64,000 nucleotides of DNA from a virus. The translations under genes and the position numbers were made by a program. The stretch spans positions 16,257-80,256 of IMG/VR virus record IMGVR_UViG_3300032116_015796; one strand, written 5' to 3'. Below the pieces are notes generated by a model. It was given only the letters and a program-made list of their open reading frames with translations, made no database searches and was not told where the DNA came from. This document shows positions 10,491 to 21,391 of this stretch, piece after piece (the stretch's first letter is position 1; every line of letters begins with the position of its first letter).

Positions 10491-11114
10491 ATGTTACATA
10501 TAATAACACCCCTTTATCGATTTGAGAATTTAGAAACAACATACAATTCTATTTTAATGAATGAAGATATTACTTGGCACATATCAAAATCAAATCAACG
10601 AGAAGACATAGTATTAGATTTTATTAAAAACGATAACAGAGTTAAAGTGTACAATGTAAATTGTACCGATGAAGAAGCATTTAAAAAACGTCAACACGTT
10701 TTGGAAAAACTAGATTCAGGATATTTTTGTTTTTTAGATGACGATACTATATTCCATGAAAATATGTATATAAAGTATTTGGAATGTTTAGAAAACAATT
10801 TTATTGGTATGGTAATCGGACAACAAGTCATAAATGATAGACATCTTAGATTAACCGCAAGTATACCATTATATAGACATATCGATGTTGGTAATGTTTT
10901 AAGTCACACTAAATGTTTAAGTGAATGTAAATGGCCGTCAAGTCACATTTCAGGGGTTAATCAGAAGGATTTTCTTTTTTGGGAATCTGTCTATAATTTT
11001 TATAATAAAAAATGTATTTTATGGAATAAGCCAATTTCATATTACAATTTTTTAAATACCGAATCAAAAAGTATAGGAAAAAATAAACTTTTTATTGCAG
11101 GAAATATAAATTAA
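10491..11114 (+). CDS. GT-A glycosyltransferase-like protein
   Basis: IITP at N-terminus, FLDDDT DxD motif. Confidence 0.65.
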   Translation: MLHIITPLYRFENLETTYNSILMNEDITWHISKSNQREDIVLDFIKNDNRVKVYNVNCTDEEAFKKRQHVLEKLDSGYFCFLDDDTIFHENMYIKYLECLENNFIGMVIGQQVINDRHLRLTASIPLYRHIDVGNVLSHTKCLSECKWPSSHISGVNQKDFLFWESVYNFYNKKCILWNKPISYYNFLNTESKSIGKNKLFIAGNIN

Positions 11115-11131
11115 TAAACTCAATTTGAATT

Positions 11132-11920
11132 GTGAAATATAACGATAGGATAGACATTGAAAGAATTGGGGTTACAGGTTCTTATTATTATAACATTAGT
11201 GATAACATTATATCCGCAAGAATCTTAAGTTCTTTTTGGTTAGTTATGGAAGACTCAAATGATGAATTTGTACCTCATTTAAAAAAAGATGGATTTTGGG
11301 AATCATGGGTATCTCTTTGGATTAGTCAGAATGTCTCTCCTGGTAGTATCTGTATTGATGGGGGAGCTAATTACGGGTATTACACCTTTCAATTATTACT
11401 TCATGGTTGTGAGGTATACTCAATAGAAGCCAATCCATTTTTAATACCGTTTTTGGAAAAATCTTTAAAATTAAACGGTAAATTACCTCTAACAATAATT
11501 AATTCCGCAATAACTGACGGGACTACCGATAAAATTGTTCTGAACATAACCAAATCCCCATTACATTCAAGTGTTTTAAATTTTAAAACTAGCGAATCAC
11601 AGGTTGAGGTGAATACAATCAGTCTACAAAGTTTTAAAGGAAAAAAAATAGATTTCATAAAATTAGATATCGAAGGTTGTGAACAACAAGTTCTCCCAGA
11701 TTTGTTTTTACTTCAAAATGAAAATCCTAACATGGTATGTTTAATAGAATGGGTTTACGATTCGTACCCAAATAAAAGTAGACAATTTTATGAGTATTTA
11801 ATAAACCATTTCTATGTAACATATATTGATTTTGATGGTAAAGAAAAAAATCTTGAATCTTATGAATTTATTGAAAATGAAACTTTAGATTTAAGAATGT
11901 ATGTACTCAGAAAAAAATAA
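11132..11920 (+). CDS. FkbM-family methyltransferase
   Basis: DGGANYGYYT, IEANP, IDFIKLDIEGCE. Confidence 0.9.
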   Translation: MKYNDRIDIERIGVTGSYYYNISDNIISARILSSFWLVMEDSNDEFVPHLKKDGFWESWVSLWISQNVSPGSICIDGGANYGYYTFQLLLHGCEVYSIEANPFLIPFLEKSLKLNGKLPLTIINSAITDGTTDKIVLNITKSPLHSSVLNFKTSESQVEVNTISLQSFKGKKIDFIKLDIEGCEQQVLPDLFLLQNENPNMVCLIEWVYDSYPNKSRQFYEYLINHFYVTYIDFDGKEKNLESYEFIENETLDLRMYVLRKK

Positions 11921-11931
11921 AAAAAAACAAT

Positions 11932-12660
11932 ATGACTAACAGAAAAAAAACCCCTTCATTAACTCAAGAACCAGAAAGAAAACTTTCTAAAAAAACATTA
12001 ATAACTGAGATAATAAAGAAGAAAACAAAAGAAAAATTTTTAACAATAAATCAAAAAAAATATTACGACACTTTAATCTCTAGTGAAATTACCGTTTGTT
12101 CAGGACCTGCGGGTGTTGGTAAAAGTTATATAACAATGAAAGCGGCGATTGATTTAATATCAGACCCGTCAACACCTTATGAAAAAATTATTATTGTAAG
12201 ACCTGCAGTTGAGGCTGAGGAAAAATTAGGGTCTTTACCTGGCAATGTCGAAGAAAAATTAGACCCGTACATTTTCCCTTCTTACTATTTGATGAATAAA
12301 ATAATTGGTAAAGAAGCAAGAGAAAAATTAAAAGATATTGATGTAATTGAGGTTTTTGCATTGGCATATATGAGAGGAATGAATATTGATAACTCAATAT
12401 TAATTTTTGAAGAGGGTCAAAACTCTTCCCCAAGTCAAATGAAATTACTACTAACCCGAATAGGTTTTAATAGTAAGTTTTTTATTTCAGGTGACGTTGA
12501 GCAATCCGACAAATATAAAAACAAAACTCAAAGTGGTTTATGGGATGCAATTGAAAAATTCAGAGATGATAATCAAGTTTCAGTATTTGAATTTAAAGAT
12601 AAAAAGGATATTGTAAGAAATCCTTTAATAACTAAGATTTTAGAAAAATATGAAGAATGA
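11932..12660 (+). CDS. phoH: PhoH-like ATPase
   Basis: GPAGVGKS Walker A, LGSLPG, AYMRG, EEGQN, GDVEQSD, VRNPL. Confidence 0.95.
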   Translation: MTNRKKTPSLTQEPERKLSKKTLITEIIKKKTKEKFLTINQKKYYDTLISSEITVCSGPAGVGKSYITMKAAIDLISDPSTPYEKIIIVRPAVEAEEKLGSLPGNVEEKLDPYIFPSYYLMNKIIGKEAREKLKDIDVIEVFALAYMRGMNIDNSILIFEEGQNSSPSQMKLLLTRIGFNSKFFISGDVEQSDKYKNKTQSGLWDAIEKFRDDNQVSVFEFKDKKDIVRNPLITKILEKYEE

Positions 12661-13781
12661 TAAAGTTTGTTAATAATGCAAGTGTTACTAAAGATGTATC
12701 GGGGTCAACTCGTGGAGTAAACATTTATGGGTTTGCAAATAAAATTTCGGGTTTAGGTCAAAATGCCAGACAAGTACTAAGAGCAATAAATAATACTGAC
12801 ATATCTTACAATTATTTAGATTTGTTTTCGGCATCTAAAGAGTTCAAATTTATTGAACCAACTATTAATCACAAATTCAAAACTAATCTATTTTGTTGTA
12901 ATCCTGATATTGATTTGACTGATTTTATTAATCTTAAAAAAAATAATCATAAAAAAAATATTGGTTTATGGGCATGGGAAGTAGAGGTTCTTCCTGAGTA
13001 TTGGATTAAATATTCAGAGCTTTTTGATGAAATATGGACAATTTCTAATTTTACTAAAAGTATTTTTGAAAAGGAATTACCAAATAAAATTATAAAATCT
13101 TTAAATATTCCAGGAGCACCATTTAAACTGTTGGACAAGTCCACATGTAAACAAACATTTGGAATTAATTCCAATACTTTTTTGTGTTCATTTGTTTTTG
13201 ATTCATTTAGTGATATAAATAGAAAAAATCCATTACATGTTATAGAGTCTTTTGAATCATCATTAGGGGATGAAGATTCTGTTTTATTAATAAAATGTCA
13301 AAACTTAAGTCAAGAAAACAGGGACATATTACTTAACTACCCTAAAACTAAAAAAGTTAAATTTATTTTTGAAACTTTTTCAGACGAGTTAATGAATCAT
13401 TTATTTTGTGCGACTGATTTATACATTTCTCTTCATAGAAGTGAGGGGTCAGGACTGACAATAATGGAGGCATTATCAGTAGGCACACCTTGTTTAGTGA
13501 CAAATTATGGTGGATGTTTAGATTTTTGTCTTCCTGAATTTTGTGAGTTAGTTGATTATAACTTTATAGAAATTACTGAAGATATTTGGTATAAAAATAA
13601 CTTTTTTAAAGACAAGGAAGTTTTTTGGGCAAACCCTATAGTAAATGACGCGTCTAATAAAATTAAAAAAATATTTGACAATTATGATGACTACCTTATT
13701 AAAACTAATGAATTAAAAAATTTCATAGAGAATAATTACAATTTAGAAAATATGTCTATTTTTTTAAAAAACAATTTATGA
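12657..13781 (+). CDS. GT4 glycosyltransferase
   Basis: WAWE, RKNP, SLHRSEGSGLTIMEA. Confidence 0.9.
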   Translation: MIKFVNNASVTKDVSGSTRGVNIYGFANKISGLGQNARQVLRAINNTDISYNYLDLFSASKEFKFIEPTINHKFKTNLFCCNPDIDLTDFINLKKNNHKKNIGLWAWEVEVLPEYWIKYSELFDEIWTISNFTKSIFEKELPNKIIKSLNIPGAPFKLLDKSTCKQTFGINSNTFLCSFVFDSFSDINRKNPLHVIESFESSLGDEDSVLLIKCQNLSQENRDILLNYPKTKKVKFIFETFSDELMNHLFCATDLYISLHRSEGSGLTIMEALSVGTPCLVTNYGGCLDFCLPEFCELVDYNFIEITEDIWYKNNFFKDKEVFWANPIVNDASNKIKKIFDNYDDYLIKTNELKNFIENNYNLENMSIFLKNNL

Positions 13782-14380
13782 GGATTGGTATAGAAATTAA
13801 CGGTGTTCTTAGAAATACTTTGGGTAAAATTGAACAAACCTATAATAAATTTTACGTGGAAAAAACCGAAGGTATTGAAGATGAAGACGAGTTCAAATAT
13901 GAAGTTATTTCTGGATTGGATTCTTTAGATGTTAAATCTCATCTAAAATTTAGAGATGATGAGGAATTATTTTCTTTTTTATATGAAGAATTCCCGATGG
14001 AAATTTTTGGTCACGCTCAATCCACAGAGTACACCACGTTTAACGATTTAAATGAATTGTATTTTCAATTAAGAGATAAGCACGAGATGATAATAGTATC
14101 AGATGAGATTGGTAAATCAAAACCAGCTTCATTGTTTTTCTTATCTAAATTTGGTTGTCAATTTGAGAAAATTGTATTTTATAGTAACTACACTATAAAT
14201 GAAATGTGGAATCAAGTTGATATTTTAATTACATCAAATCCAAATTTATTAGAAAATCATCCTGAAGATAAAATGGTTATAAAATATAACACAATATATA
14301 ATAAACAAGTTGATTCTTTTCACTCAATTACGTCTATTAGAGAATTAGAATCTAAAATAAATGAAACAGTACTATGTTAA
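13778..14380 (+). CDS. HAD-fold 5'(3')-nucleotidase-like protein with a degenerate motif I
   Basis: RIGIEINGVLRN corresponds to the usual IxIDxDGVL; overall fold resembles phage NT5C-like proteins. Confidence 0.6.
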   Translation: MRIGIEINGVLRNTLGKIEQTYNKFYVEKTEGIEDEDEFKYEVISGLDSLDVKSHLKFRDDEELFSFLYEEFPMEIFGHAQSTEYTTFNDLNELYFQLRDKHEMIIVSDEIGKSKPASLFFLSKFGCQFEKIVFYSNYTINEMWNQVDILITSNPNLLENHPEDKMVIKYNTIYNKQVDSFHSITSIRELESKINETVLC

Positions 14381-14643
14381 AAATTTTAGGAGAAAATTAT
14401 TATCTCGATTTAGACAAAATCGAGGACTACATCAATGTTGAACCCCCAAAAGATTATACAGGGGTTCCTGAAAATCATATAAGCGTTGTTAAATATGATA
14501 TGGTTAAAGCATTAACTGAAACATTATTAACCGAAAGTGAAGAAGTTGATGAAAACTTGGGTTCTAAAGCGTCAGGTTTATCGATACCATTTAAACTAGC
14601 GTTCAATACCCTCCTTAATAAAAAATTACTAAATAAATATTAA
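14374..14643 (+). CDS. Hypothetical protein
   Basis: Tightly packed ORF in the operon. Confidence 0.75.
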   Translation: MLKILGENYYLDLDKIEDYINVEPPKDYTGVPENHISVVKYDMVKALTETLLTESEEVDENLGSKASGLSIPFKLAFNTLLNKKLLNKY

Positions 14644-14647
14644 AAAA

Positions 14648-15712
14648 ATGAATCAAGAAAATTTATCAAAATTAGAAAAATCAATTGAGAACTTAAAAAA
14701 CAAAAAAAGTAAAATTTATTTGTTGGTTCAAGACACCAAAGGTAACGCAAAGGCTTCTATCGCGTATATCTATAATTTAGGAATGTCACTACTTAATAGT
14801 GGTTTTAATCCTATTATTCTACATGAAAAACCTGACTACACAGGTGTTGCAGGATGGTTAGGAAAAGAATATATGGATTCTTTACCTCATAAATCTATTG
14901 AGGGCGAAAATTTAGAAGTCTCACCTGAAGACTTCATCATTGTCCCTGAATTGTATGGTTTTGTAATGGCACAGTTATCAAAACTTCCTTGTGGTAAAAT
15001 TGTCTTATGTCAAGCTTATGACCACATGTTAGAAACATTACAACCTGGTATGACTTGGGGTCAAACAGGATTCCATAAATGTATAACAACTTCTGAATTC
15101 CAAAAAGAATTCATTTCAAATGTTATGAGAAATGTTTCATTTGACGTTATTGAACCTTTTATTTCTGACAAATATAAAAAACAAACTAAACCATCTAAAC
15201 CTATTATAACAATTCATTCAAGAGAACAGAGAGACACGACTAATTTAGTTAAATCTTTTTATTTAAAGTTCCCTCAATACAGATGGGTAACGTTTAGAGA
15301 TATGAAGAGTCTAACTGAAGACCAATTCGCACAAGCGTTTCAGGATAGTTTCTTATCAATTTGGATTGACGAAACAAGTGGTTATGGTACATTTCCATTA
15401 GAATCTATGAAATCAGGAGTACCCGTTTTAGGTTTAGTACCAAATGTACTTCCTCATTGGATGAGTGAAGATAATGGTCTTTGGATAAACAATAAAACTC
15501 AACTTGTAGATTTTGTTGCGGACTTTCTTCAAAATTGGTTAGAAGATAATATTAATGAAACTCTTTTGACTGAAATGAAAAACACTGTTGATAAACTACC
15601 AACAAAAGAAACTTTTGACTCTAAAGTATCTGAAGTTTTTGAAAGTTATATAAACACTAGATTAACTTCATTTGAAGAACAATTAAATAAATTTACAACA
15701 ATAGAAGAATAA
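14648..15712 (+). CDS. GT-B/GT4-like glycosyltransferase
   Basis: IIVPE; SGYGTFPLESMKSGVPV resembles the EGFGxxxxEAM motif. Confidence 0.75.
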   Translation: MNQENLSKLEKSIENLKNKKSKIYLLVQDTKGNAKASIAYIYNLGMSLLNSGFNPIILHEKPDYTGVAGWLGKEYMDSLPHKSIEGENLEVSPEDFIIVPELYGFVMAQLSKLPCGKIVLCQAYDHMLETLQPGMTWGQTGFHKCITTSEFQKEFISNVMRNVSFDVIEPFISDKYKKQTKPSKPIITIHSREQRDTTNLVKSFYLKFPQYRWVTFRDMKSLTEDQFAQAFQDSFLSIWIDETSGYGTFPLESMKSGVPVLGLVPNVLPHWMSEDNGLWINNKTQLVDFVADFLQNWLEDNINETLLTEMKNTVDKLPTKETFDSKVSEVFESYINTRLTSFEEQLNKFTTIEE

Positions 15713-15716
15713 AATT

Positions 15717-16520
15717 ATGGAAAAATTCGATATCTCGGTAATACTACCAATTAAGTCGGCAGCGGCTAGAGGATTTGATGAACTTTTTGAAAAAGCGATT
15801 GAATCTATTAAAATACAAACTTTACAAATTAAAGAACTAATCATTGTTCATACAGACGAAACCGCATTAGTAGAGTTTTTAGACCGATTTAATTTCGGTG
15901 ATATAAATGTTAAAAGAGAAGTTTGGACAAAACCGCCAAGCTACGCGGAACAAATTAATCACGGAGTTAGAGTTTCTACAGGTAATTGGATTTCATTGTT
16001 TGAATTTGATGATGAATACTCTAAAATTTGGATTAAAAACGTTAAACTATATTCAGAATCATATCCTGAAATTGACGCATTCTTACCAATTGTTGTCGAT
16101 ATTGATGAAAAAAACCAATTCGCTGGTTTTACAAATGAAGCAACGTTTGCATTAAACATTGCATCTGATATGGGTATGTTGACAAATGAAACATTACAAA
16201 CTTACCAAAATTTCCAAATATCAGGTATGGTTATTAAAAAATCAAAATTTATTGATTTTGGTTTAATTAAACCAAGTTTCAAACTTACGTTTGGCTACGA
16301 ATTCTTTTTAAGAATGACACATAATAATGTTAAATTCATGTCTATTCCAAGAATAGGGTATAAACATGTAAACCTAAGAGAAGGTTCTATTTTTTGGAAT
16401 TACAAAAATGGTGACAATGTGTTATCTGAGGATGAGGTTAAATTTTGGGTTGAGTCGGCTAAGAAAGAATATTTTTTCATCAATGACAGAGCCATAAAAT
16501 ACGAACCTTCCGAAGTTTAA
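15717..16520 (+). CDS. GT2 glycosyltransferase
   Basis: ISVILPI, SIKIQT, INHGV, EFDD (DxD variant). Confidence 0.8.
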   Translation: MEKFDISVILPIKSAAARGFDELFEKAIESIKIQTLQIKELIIVHTDETALVEFLDRFNFGDINVKREVWTKPPSYAEQINHGVRVSTGNWISLFEFDDEYSKIWIKNVKLYSESYPEIDAFLPIVVDIDEKNQFAGFTNEATFALNIASDMGMLTNETLQTYQNFQISGMVIKKSKFIDFGLIKPSFKLTFGYEFFLRMTHNNVKFMSIPRIGYKHVNLREGSIFWNYKNGDNVLSEDEVKFWVESAKKEYFFINDRAIKYEPSEV

Positions 16521-17269
16521 TGAGTGAAGTTAATGTTTTAACGGGAGCAACAGATGTATTAACAAAAAAGAAAGGTAGAAAACCAAAACAAGCAAATTAT
16601 TTTGATGTCCAAGAGGAATTAGCGGTTATCAGATTTTTAGAAACCGATTCTATGGAAGAAAAAAATAAAATCTACAACGATTTTTTGAGAAAACCTCTGG
16701 ATAAGATGATATCTTCTATCATAAGAAGGTATAAATTGTATCGAAAAGATATGGATTTTTACGAAATCCATACTGACACTCATTCATTTTTAATGACTAA
16801 AATCGATAAGTTTAAGCCTTCAAAAGAGAAGAAGGCTTATTCTTATTTTGGTACTATCTGTAAGAATTATTTGATGGGTCAAATAATTAAAGACCAAAAG
16901 GAAATTAATAGAAAAATATCTTATGAAGATATTTCGCCCATACTTGAAAATAACACCGACTATTCATATTCCATAGATTCTGATTCTGTTGATTCGGAAT
17001 TAGTAATAAGAAATTTTCTTACAGAATTAGATAAATTCTTGAAAGAAGGTAATCTAAATGAAAATGAAATTAAGTTAGGTTACGCTTTATATGATTTATT
17101 TGAGAACTACGACAGTATTTTTGAAGGGAGTTCAAATAACAAATTTAATAAAAATATTATTCTTTTGTCATTAAGAGAAATGACAAACTTGTCTACCAAA
17201 GAAATAAGAAGTTCCATGAAAAAATACAAAGTTATATATGTGAACTTGGTTGATAAAATGGCTAAATAA
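16520..17269 (+). CDS. Phage sigma factor, gp55-like (putative late transcription)
   Basis: KIDKFKPSK..KAYSYFGTICKNYL resembles sigma region 2 of gp55-type factors. Confidence 0.6.
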   Translation: MSEVNVLTGATDVLTKKKGRKPKQANYFDVQEELAVIRFLETDSMEEKNKIYNDFLRKPLDKMISSIIRRYKLYRKDMDFYEIHTDTHSFLMTKIDKFKPSKEKKAYSYFGTICKNYLMGQIIKDQKEINRKISYEDISPILENNTDYSYSIDSDSVDSELVIRNFLTELDKFLKEGNLNENEIKLGYALYDLFENYDSIFEGSSNNKFNKNIILLSLREMTNLSTKEIRSSMKKYKVIYVNLVDKMAK

Positions 17270-17294
17270 AATTACAGAATAACTATTTATTATT

Positions 17295-17669
17295 ATGGGA
17301 AGACCTCAAAAAAAAGAAATTAATTTATCAAAAGAATCCATTCTTTCATTGATGCAAGAGATTTATAATGAACTTGTTGAGCAGAGAAATACTGCAATAA
17401 GAATTCAAAATAAAATGTTGTCGATGATGAAAGAGCCTGAGGACATGACTCTAATTGGTCCTGTAATTGAAAAACAACAAAAAATTATAAATGACTGTGT
17501 AGATAAAAAATTATCGTTGTCTAAGTTGCAATCAAGTATTTGGGAAAAACAAAGTTCAAGTAAGGAGTCATTTTCTATTTCCGATATTGACATCGATGAT
17601 GAGATAATTAAAGACTTGTTAGAAAAAGATATTTCTAAATCTGACGGTAGTTACAAAATGAATAAGTAA
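17295..17669 (+). CDS. Hypothetical coiled-coil protein
   Basis: ORF with upstream TATTTAT motif. Confidence 0.75.
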   Translation: MGRPQKKEINLSKESILSLMQEIYNELVEQRNTAIRIQNKMLSMMKEPEDMTLIGPVIEKQQKIINDCVDKKLSLSKLQSSIWEKQSSSKESFSISDIDIDDEIIKDLLEKDISKSDGSYKMNK

Positions 17670-17671
17670 AA

Positions 17672-19579
17672 ATGGCTTCATTAGATTTAAATGCGGATTA
17701 TAAGGCGATTCAGGATAAAGTCAAAGCCACTCAATCATATAAAGATGCTAAAGCGGATTATGATAAGGCGAAAAAAAGAAAAGGAGAAAGTTTTGATAAA
17801 AAGAAATCTGAAGTTACTGAAAAAATCAATAACTTTAAAAAAGATACTAAAAAATATCAAAAACAGATTAAATCTCAATTTGAGCAGTTATTAGATTTAA
17901 ATAACGTTACAGGAGGTAAAGGAAGTAATTCATCTAAGTACATAAAAAAACTAATGTTACAGGCTTTAAAAAACATTGAGCCAAAAATATTAGAAATTTT
18001 ACGACAAGAAGCGATTAACGCGGTTGGTTGTGACCAACAACAAGTATTTAATGCACAGGTCTTATACATAAAAGTTTCATCGGTTGATTTAGGGTCAATG
18101 CTAAAAAAAGACCCTGCAGATGAAATAGGTAAAGTTTTATACGAAAAAAATCCAATAGCCATTCAGTCATTCCCATTTTCAATGAATAGGGAATTATATC
18201 AAAGAATACAAAGTGGACAACCATATTCTGTGGATAATGGTCAGTTGTATTTAGGAGCGTCTACTCAACCATTGTTCGATATACAATATGTTGAGACAGA
18301 TAACATAGGACAAACAGGTCCTTGGTTTAAGGTAACCTTACCTAACAGGATTGGTAATGTTAACAAGGTTGGTGAATTCTTAGTTGATTATTACAAGACA
18401 ATCAAATTAGTTGATTTTACTAATATTATCGCCCAAATTATGGAGGCGTTATGTGGAGCAATTTCAATTCAGGCGAACGTTGGTTTAGTACAAGCCGAGG
18501 ACGCAAGTAAATTCATGTTAATTTTACAAAGAATACTTGGGTTGTGTTTTGATTCTGTAAAAGAAATTGATGTTAGTGGTGTTGCGAAAGTATCTGAGTT
18601 GGACGGTATTGATGAATCTTTTTTTGAATTTACTGAAATTGATTTAAGAAATATAGACCTTAGAATTGCTAACATAAAAAAAGGTGTAATACAATTTGAG
18701 GATTGTGGTAATGTAGATATCCCTGTAGACTCTACATCAATATTAAATGCTCTAAATAACTTAAATTTTGTACCTGATTCAGATTTGGAAAACGCGTCTG
18801 ACCAAGTGACTAATGTTTTAGCCAATAATCCTGAACTTAATGGTTTAGGGATTGAAGCAAATATTCAAGCGTCAGTTGATTTTAACTTTATTAAGTTATT
18901 AGCACAAGGGTTAATATTCGCTCTTTTAACTCCAAAAATTTTGTTACCGATTATGACCATGTTAAAGGCTATCGGACAAAGTGCGATTGATGGTATTGAT
19001 TCGTTCCAACAATTTGCGAAAACTTTTAGAAAATTTGTATTAAACTTAGTTTCTAAAGTAGGTTCACTATTTGTTCAGGAATTATTTAATTTAATAAAAA
19101 GAGACATTCAAAATTTAATCCAACAAGTGATAATGGATTTGGCAAGAGAAAAGGCCGACAAAAGAATTATTATGATTTTGAAATTAATCCAATTGTTACT
19201 TTTAATTGCACAGTTTATATCCGATTGGAGGAAGTGTAAAAGTGTTATTGATGAACTATTACAGTTGTTGAATATCGTCGCTTCAGGATGGGGTGGTGAA
19301 GTACCATTACCACTTCTTTTTGCCTCCCAAATCTTAGACGGTTATTCTGAAACAAGAGCCTTTATTGGTACTATAGAAGAAATGCAAAAATTAGGGATTC
19401 CTACAGGTCCTATGCCTGACGGAAGCCCCAACTTAAATGTACTTTCTAAATTCGCTCAAATGAAAGCTCAAGCTAAAGAAGAATCTGAAAATGGTAAAGT
19501 TCAAGTTGCGGTTGGTGCTCTTAGTATTACACCTGCAGGATTAACAGTTCCATCAAGTGCTTTTGGTAAAAAAATGTAA
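17672..19579 (+). CDS. Hypothetical protein, probably virion/baseplate associated
   Basis: 635-aa ORF in an operon with the baseplate spike; helical C-terminal half with hydrophobic segments. Confidence 0.6.
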   Translation: MASLDLNADYKAIQDKVKATQSYKDAKADYDKAKKRKGESFDKKKSEVTEKINNFKKDTKKYQKQIKSQFEQLLDLNNVTGGKGSNSSKYIKKLMLQALKNIEPKILEILRQEAINAVGCDQQQVFNAQVLYIKVSSVDLGSMLKKDPADEIGKVLYEKNPIAIQSFPFSMNRELYQRIQSGQPYSVDNGQLYLGASTQPLFDIQYVETDNIGQTGPWFKVTLPNRIGNVNKVGEFLVDYYKTIKLVDFTNIIAQIMEALCGAISIQANVGLVQAEDASKFMLILQRILGLCFDSVKEIDVSGVAKVSELDGIDESFFEFTEIDLRNIDLRIANIKKGVIQFEDCGNVDIPVDSTSILNALNNLNFVPDSDLENASDQVTNVLANNPELNGLGIEANIQASVDFNFIKLLAQGLIFALLTPKILLPIMTMLKAIGQSAIDGIDSFQQFAKTFRKFVLNLVSKVGSLFVQELFNLIKRDIQNLIQQVIMDLAREKADKRIIMILKLIQLLLLIAQFISDWRKCKSVIDELLQLLNIVASGWGGEVPLPLLFASQILDGYSETRAFIGTIEEMQKLGIPTGPMPDGSPNLNVLSKFAQMKAQAKEESENGKVQVAVGALSITPAGLTVPSSAFGKKM

Positions 19580-19582
19580 AAA

Positions 19583-19796
19583 TATGACAAAAAAAGAAAC
19601 TGCGGAAAAAGTACTAAAAATAGTAAAAGATTATAAATCCCATTCAAACAAGGATTTAACATTTGCTATGGATTTTATCCAAGAAGATTTTAATTTAACA
19701 AAAGAAACTCTTTTGAGATTATCTACTCATTTGGATAAATTAGAAACAACATACAATTTAATTTTAAAAGAATACGAAGGTAGAGTTAAAAAATGA
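19583..19796 (+). CDS. Hypothetical protein
   Basis: Probable start at MTKKETAEK (coordinate approximate); stop overlaps the next ATG. Confidence 0.65.
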
Positions 19797-21367
19797 ATAT
19801 AACTAACGACAATCAATATCAAATCATATTTCCTGGTATCGTCTTGGATGACCAAGACCCAATGATGCTTGGTAGATTAAGGGTTATGCCAGAAACAGAA
19901 GTCTACCGAGATATCATCGCTTCAGTTCCAAATTGGAGTGAGGAAAAAGATAAATGGTCAAGTAGAGACCCTTTAATATTTTTACCTTTATTACCGTTTT
20001 TTTTAAGTCAAATACCAAAAAAAGGAGAATACGTTAATATCATTTATCAAAATAAAAAATTTGTTTTTCAAAACCAATTCTATATTCAAGGACCGTATTC
20101 TTCACCTATGTTATCTCCTTTTGAATACTACCAAGGTTCTAAAAAGTTTTTAGCTACGGGTGACAGAATAAAACAAGGTTTAAGTATTAAAAATACTGAT
20201 GGAACTTATAGAAATAAAAATAGTTTCGGGGTATTTCCTGAACCTGGTGATAATTCTCTTTTAGGTCGTGGTAGTGCCGATGTTATTGTAAAACAAGATG
20301 AAGTTTTAATAAGAGCGGGAAAAACTAAAACTCTTAAATCAACTCAGTTACCTGCGGGTAATCCTCTTAGGTCGTTTTTACAACTATCATATTTTCCTCA
20401 GACAAAAAATTTAGAAGACCCTGAATCATTTGCAAGACTTAAAGAAATTGTAAAAGTCGTTAAAAAAATGGTTGTGTGGGATATTATGAATTTAGAAAAT
20501 ACCCAAGATGTTTTTAATGGTTCTGTTAAATTTTATAACGTAATACCTTCTGAATCGGTTAATACTCAAAATTTTAAATCCGATACAATAACTAAATTAT
20601 CTGAAGGAACAAATTATACATTTCTTTGTGGTATTAATTTTAACTCAGTTTCTTTTGAAACTGCGGTTAATATAATTAACAAAACTATACAAGGTGTTTT
20701 TAACAGTTTTATTCAACCCGACCCAAACTATCCTTTATTACCCTCAACACCAAATGTGGTTGACCAATTCCCATTTATTGTCACACCATCAAAATTAACT
20801 TATGAAACGGGTAACAAATTTACAACCGCATCTACCGCAAACGATATTGCTGAATTAGTTAATTTTAAAAGGTTTTATAAAAAAATAAAAATTAACGATG
20901 GTATTAAACAAAGTGGTTTCTTTTTGGTTTCAGAAAATAATAATGGTAAACCTAAGATAGGTCCTAGTTCTGAAGTTGTTACTGAGACAGTTACTCCAGC
21001 AAATTACACTCAAAGTTCTATTACTTATGGTGTTTTAGGAGGTCAAAGACTTTATTTACTATCACAAGATTCTGCAGGTCCTAAAGGTCAAATTAGTTTA
21101 AGTCAAACTTTATATGGTATTCCACAAGAAAAATTTATTGGTAGTGAAAAAAGTATTCAAACACAAACTTACCCAACTGTAAGAGGTGATGAGTTAATGA
21201 TTTTACTTAGAAAAATGTTTTCCTACTTAAAAGGACACGTGCATCCCGAATCAACAATACCTCCTGTTCCTGTTGCCGCAGGTAATGGTCAGACAAGCAC
21301 AGAAATTGACCAAATATTAGCAGACGCTGAAAATACAATTCTAAATCAAAATATTCGAATTAATTGA
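19793..21367 (+). CDS. Baseplate central spike (gp5/gp138-like OB fold)
   Basis: [17 protein letters not shown] resembles the gp5 N-terminal OB motif; C-terminal HVH metal-binding tip motif. Confidence 0.7.
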   Translation: MNITNDNQYQIIFPGIVLDDQDPMMLGRLRVMPETEVYRDIIASVPNWSEEKDKWSSRDPLIFLPLLPFFLSQIPKKGEYVNIIYQNKKFVFQNQFYIQGPYSSPMLSPFEYYQGSKKFLATGDRIKQGLSIKNTDGTYRNKNSFGVFPEPGDNSLLGRGSADVIVKQDEVLIRAGKTKTLKSTQLPAGNPLRSFLQLSYFPQTKNLEDPESFARLKEIVKVVKKMVVWDIMNLENTQDVFNGSVKFYNVIPSESVNTQNFKSDTITKLSEGTNYTFLCGINFNSVSFETAVNIINKTIQGVFNSFIQPDPNYPLLPSTPNVVDQFPFIVTPSKLTYETGNKFTTASTANDIAELVNFKRFYKKIKINDGIKQSGFFLVSENNNGKPKIGPSSEVVTETVTPANYTQSSITYGVLGGQRLYLLSQDSAGPKGQISLSQTLYGIPQEKFIGSEKSIQTQTYPTVRGDELMILLRKMFSYLKGHVHPESTIPPVPVAAGNGQTSTEIDQILADAENTILNQNIRIN

Positions 21368-21391
21368 TATTTATTAAACAAACAACGTTTA

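Noticed and set aside
672-16520. Bacterial chromosomal O-antigen locus or prophage boundary
   Set aside because: Interleaved with phage-type dUTPase, exonuclease, PhoH and sigma genes; no flippase, polymerase or integrase seen
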